From: an uncultured delta proteobacterium
GTDB taxonomy: Bacteria > Desulfobacterota > Binatia > Binatales > Binataceae
Direction of reading: 5' to 3'
Length of the DNA: 64,000 nt
NCBI GenBank assembly: GCA_963765675.1
Contig: CAVXXK010000003.1
Coordinates: 192,001 to 256,000, forward strand
Of the stretch, positions 62,190-64,000 are shown piece after piece; positions within the stretch are counted from its first letter, which is position 1, and every line of letters begins with the position of its first letter. The notes beneath the pieces are model-generated. The model ran no database searches, was not told the DNA's origin, and saw only the letters and a program-made list of their open reading frames with translations. Made by a program: the position numbers and the translations under genes.

Positions 62190-62930
62190 CTCTCCTCATC
62201 GTGAGCATCTTCCACGCTGAGTTCTCATCGCGGATTGCGACTTTTAGCGGCAAATTCGATCCGATCGCCAGATCATGGAAACGGTCTGAGGGCGACTCCA
62301 AGTCGACGAACGGAAGCGTCGGCATCTCGCCGTCAACGTCGTAAACGCACATCGAGCGAGATGACCACCGATACCTTACCGAGCAATGGATTCTCGGGCC
62401 TGCGCGCGCGGATCCACTGTTTGGCGAGCGCCGGAATTCGCGACAACCCTGCGATTTACGTCGGGCAGAGGAGCGTCTTAGATCAGAAGATCATACCGTG
62501 ACGGGCTGCGGAGAGATGATGTCTCAGCTTCGGCAGCTTCTTGATGATCGCGTCCTCGAACCGAGCAACCCATATGCCGCTCGACCGCACCGTTGTTGGA
62601 TCCACCCGCGATCCGGAAAGCAAGAATGCGTAACCGTCGGGATGTTTCGCTCGGATCGTGGTCTTCTCTTGCTGAAATTCGGGACGTGGTGGCGCTTGTA
62701 ACCCCGATGCCGAATCGCTTCTCCTCTGCGTCGAACATAAAGTCTGGCGACTGATATTCGCTAATCTCCTCAATCGCGAACGAGGAAAAGGATTCGGTCA
62801 TTCCCCGCAGCGCGACCAAAAAAAGGCCCAAGCAATAGCGCTTTTCCTGGCGTTTGCTGCGGCGGGTGCGCGGGGGGACGTTGCAGACGGCGCGCCAGAA
62901 TTTCTCGACGTCGGCTCGCGGGACCTGAAA
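62190..62930 (-). pseudogene. Fragmented hypothetical gene
   Basis: Several short overlapping minus-strand ORFs (62478-62831, 62483-62773, 62104-62352) with protein-like pieces such as QSPDFMF; no continuous frame. Confidence 0.35.
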
Positions 62931-62968
62931 GTGATGGATCTATCGTTTTCTTGCTAGGCACTTTGTCG

Positions 62969-63784
62969 TTACCGCCCCTTGAAAGTGGGTTCGCGCTTTT
63001 CGAGGAACGCTTTTACCGCTTCGCGATGGTCTTCCGTGCGGCCGGTCATGGTTTGGCCCCAGGCTTCGCGATCGAGCAGTTGGCGGAAGTCGTGACCAAT
63101 CGCTTCGTTCAGGTTCGCCTTCATGTATCCATACGCAACCGAGGGGCCGTTGCCGATTTTCTTCGCGAGCTTGGTCACCTCGTCGCGGAATGACGCCGCG
63201 GGAACGACGCGATTTACCAGACCGATCCGCAGCGCCTCGGCGGCGTCGATAATATCTGCCGTGAAATAGAGCTCGCGCGCCTTCGCCGAGCCGACCAGCC
63301 GCGTGAGCGACCAGGTGCCGCCGTAGTCGCCCGAGAAACCGACCTTCGCGAACGCAGTGCCAAGGCGAGCGTTGTCGGCCGCGATACGGATATCGCACGC
63401 CATCGCGAGGCTGAGTCCCGCGCCCGCTGCCGGTCCGTTGATCGCGGCGATCGTGGGCTTTGGCATCTCGTGCAGCATCAGCGAGGCTTCCTCGCCGTGG
63501 CGCAGTCCGGAGACACGATCCTCGATCGTCGGCGCGGGGCCGGTCGATTCGTTGCGCTCGCGCATCCCGCCAATATCGCCGCCCGCACAGAAGCCGCGGC
63601 CGGCGCCGGTCAGCACGACGCATCCGACGTTCGAGTCGTGCGCGGCCTTCCCAAGATGTTCGACCAGTGCGGACATCATCTCGCCGCTCATCGCGTTGAG
63701 TTTGTCGGGGCGGTTGAGCGTCAGGTAGAGCACGCGATCTTTCAATTCAGACAGAAGATGATCAGTAGCCATCGTAGCCTCCAA
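62969..63784 (-). CDS. Enoyl-CoA hydratase/isomerase family protein
   Basis: LTLNRPDKLNA, GFCAGGDI, PKPTIAAINGPAAGAG, TEDHREAVKAFLEKREPTF. Confidence 0.93.
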   Translation of the reverse strand: MEATMATDHLLSELKDRVLYLTLNRPDKLNAMSGEMMSALVEHLGKAAHDSNVGCVVLTGAGRGFCAGGDIGGMRERNESTGPAPTIEDRVSGLRHGEEASLMLHEMPKPTIAAINGPAAGAGLSLAMACDIRIAADNARLGTAFAKVGFSGDYGGTWSLTRLVGSAKARELYFTADIIDAAEALRIGLVNRVVPAASFRDEVTKLAKKIGNGPSVAYGYMKANLNEAIGHDFRQLLDREAWGQTMTGRTEDHREAVKAFLEKREPTFKGR

Positions 63785-63825
63785 ACCGATGCGGTTGTTT
63801 ATGCTTTCGTGGTGATGAATTCGTA

Positions 63826-64000
63826 CTACTTCAAGGCGGCGATAGTGTCGAGTGCAGCGGCGAGCGCCTGGGTGCCGTCGAGATCATGGCCCATCGCGGC
63901 GGCGGTGTTGAACATCGAGGCCGCAAGCCGAAGGCCCGGCAGCGCGATACCCGCGTCGCGCGCTGCCTCGGCAACCAGGCGCAGGTCCTTGCGCACCAAC
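63826..64000 (-). CDS. Partial (C-terminus) 3-hydroxyisobutyrate dehydrogenase-family oxidoreductase
   Basis: Manual translation LVRKDLRLVAEAARDAGIALPGL..MGHDLDGTQAL..*; truncated by the window edge. Confidence 0.7.
   Translation of the reverse strand, partial: LVRKDLRLVAEAARDAGIALPGLRLAASMFNTAAAMGHDLDGTQALAAALDTIAALK

Overview
High-GC bacterial chromosome segment. The gene content and style resemble Candidatus Binatota or deltaproteobacteria-like soil genomes (inference only). Housekeeping genes: pstB-phoU-phoB-phoR, serS, yraN, gatCAB, recO, long-form ilvC, coaBC, family-4 UDG, nfeD/slipin, ino1, mrp/apbC. These are interleaved with catabolic enzymes (acyl-CoA dehydrogenase, amidohydrolase, LLM oxidoreductase, TPP enzyme, CoA transferase III, two enoyl-CoA hydratases) and three intact-looking or singly frameshifted type II toxin-antitoxin pairs plus a broken zeta-like kinase. 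No rRNA, tRNA, CRISPR array or transposase was found. At least 11 single-base frameshifts (10 of them +1) interrupt otherwise intact genes, which points to consensus errors rather than pseudogenes. The most notable items are: (1) a minus-strand cluster of a CxxC/RAPP uORF, TonB-dependent receptor, Fur-like box, exbB-exbD-tonB and tldD-pmbA; (2) an unassigned structured intergenic segment of about 210 nt at 29.3-29.5 kb; (3) an unnamed bipartite element (TGGGTTCGTTT plus a GGCTGAACWGTTCAGCC palindrome) present in two AT-rich intergenic regions; (4) a 410-bp nested inverted repeat where pstSCA would normally lie; (5) a Mo/W-type regulator, porin and binding-protein module with no permease; (6) a perfect doubly palindromic 26-bp operator at an ArsR-DUF2087 gene.
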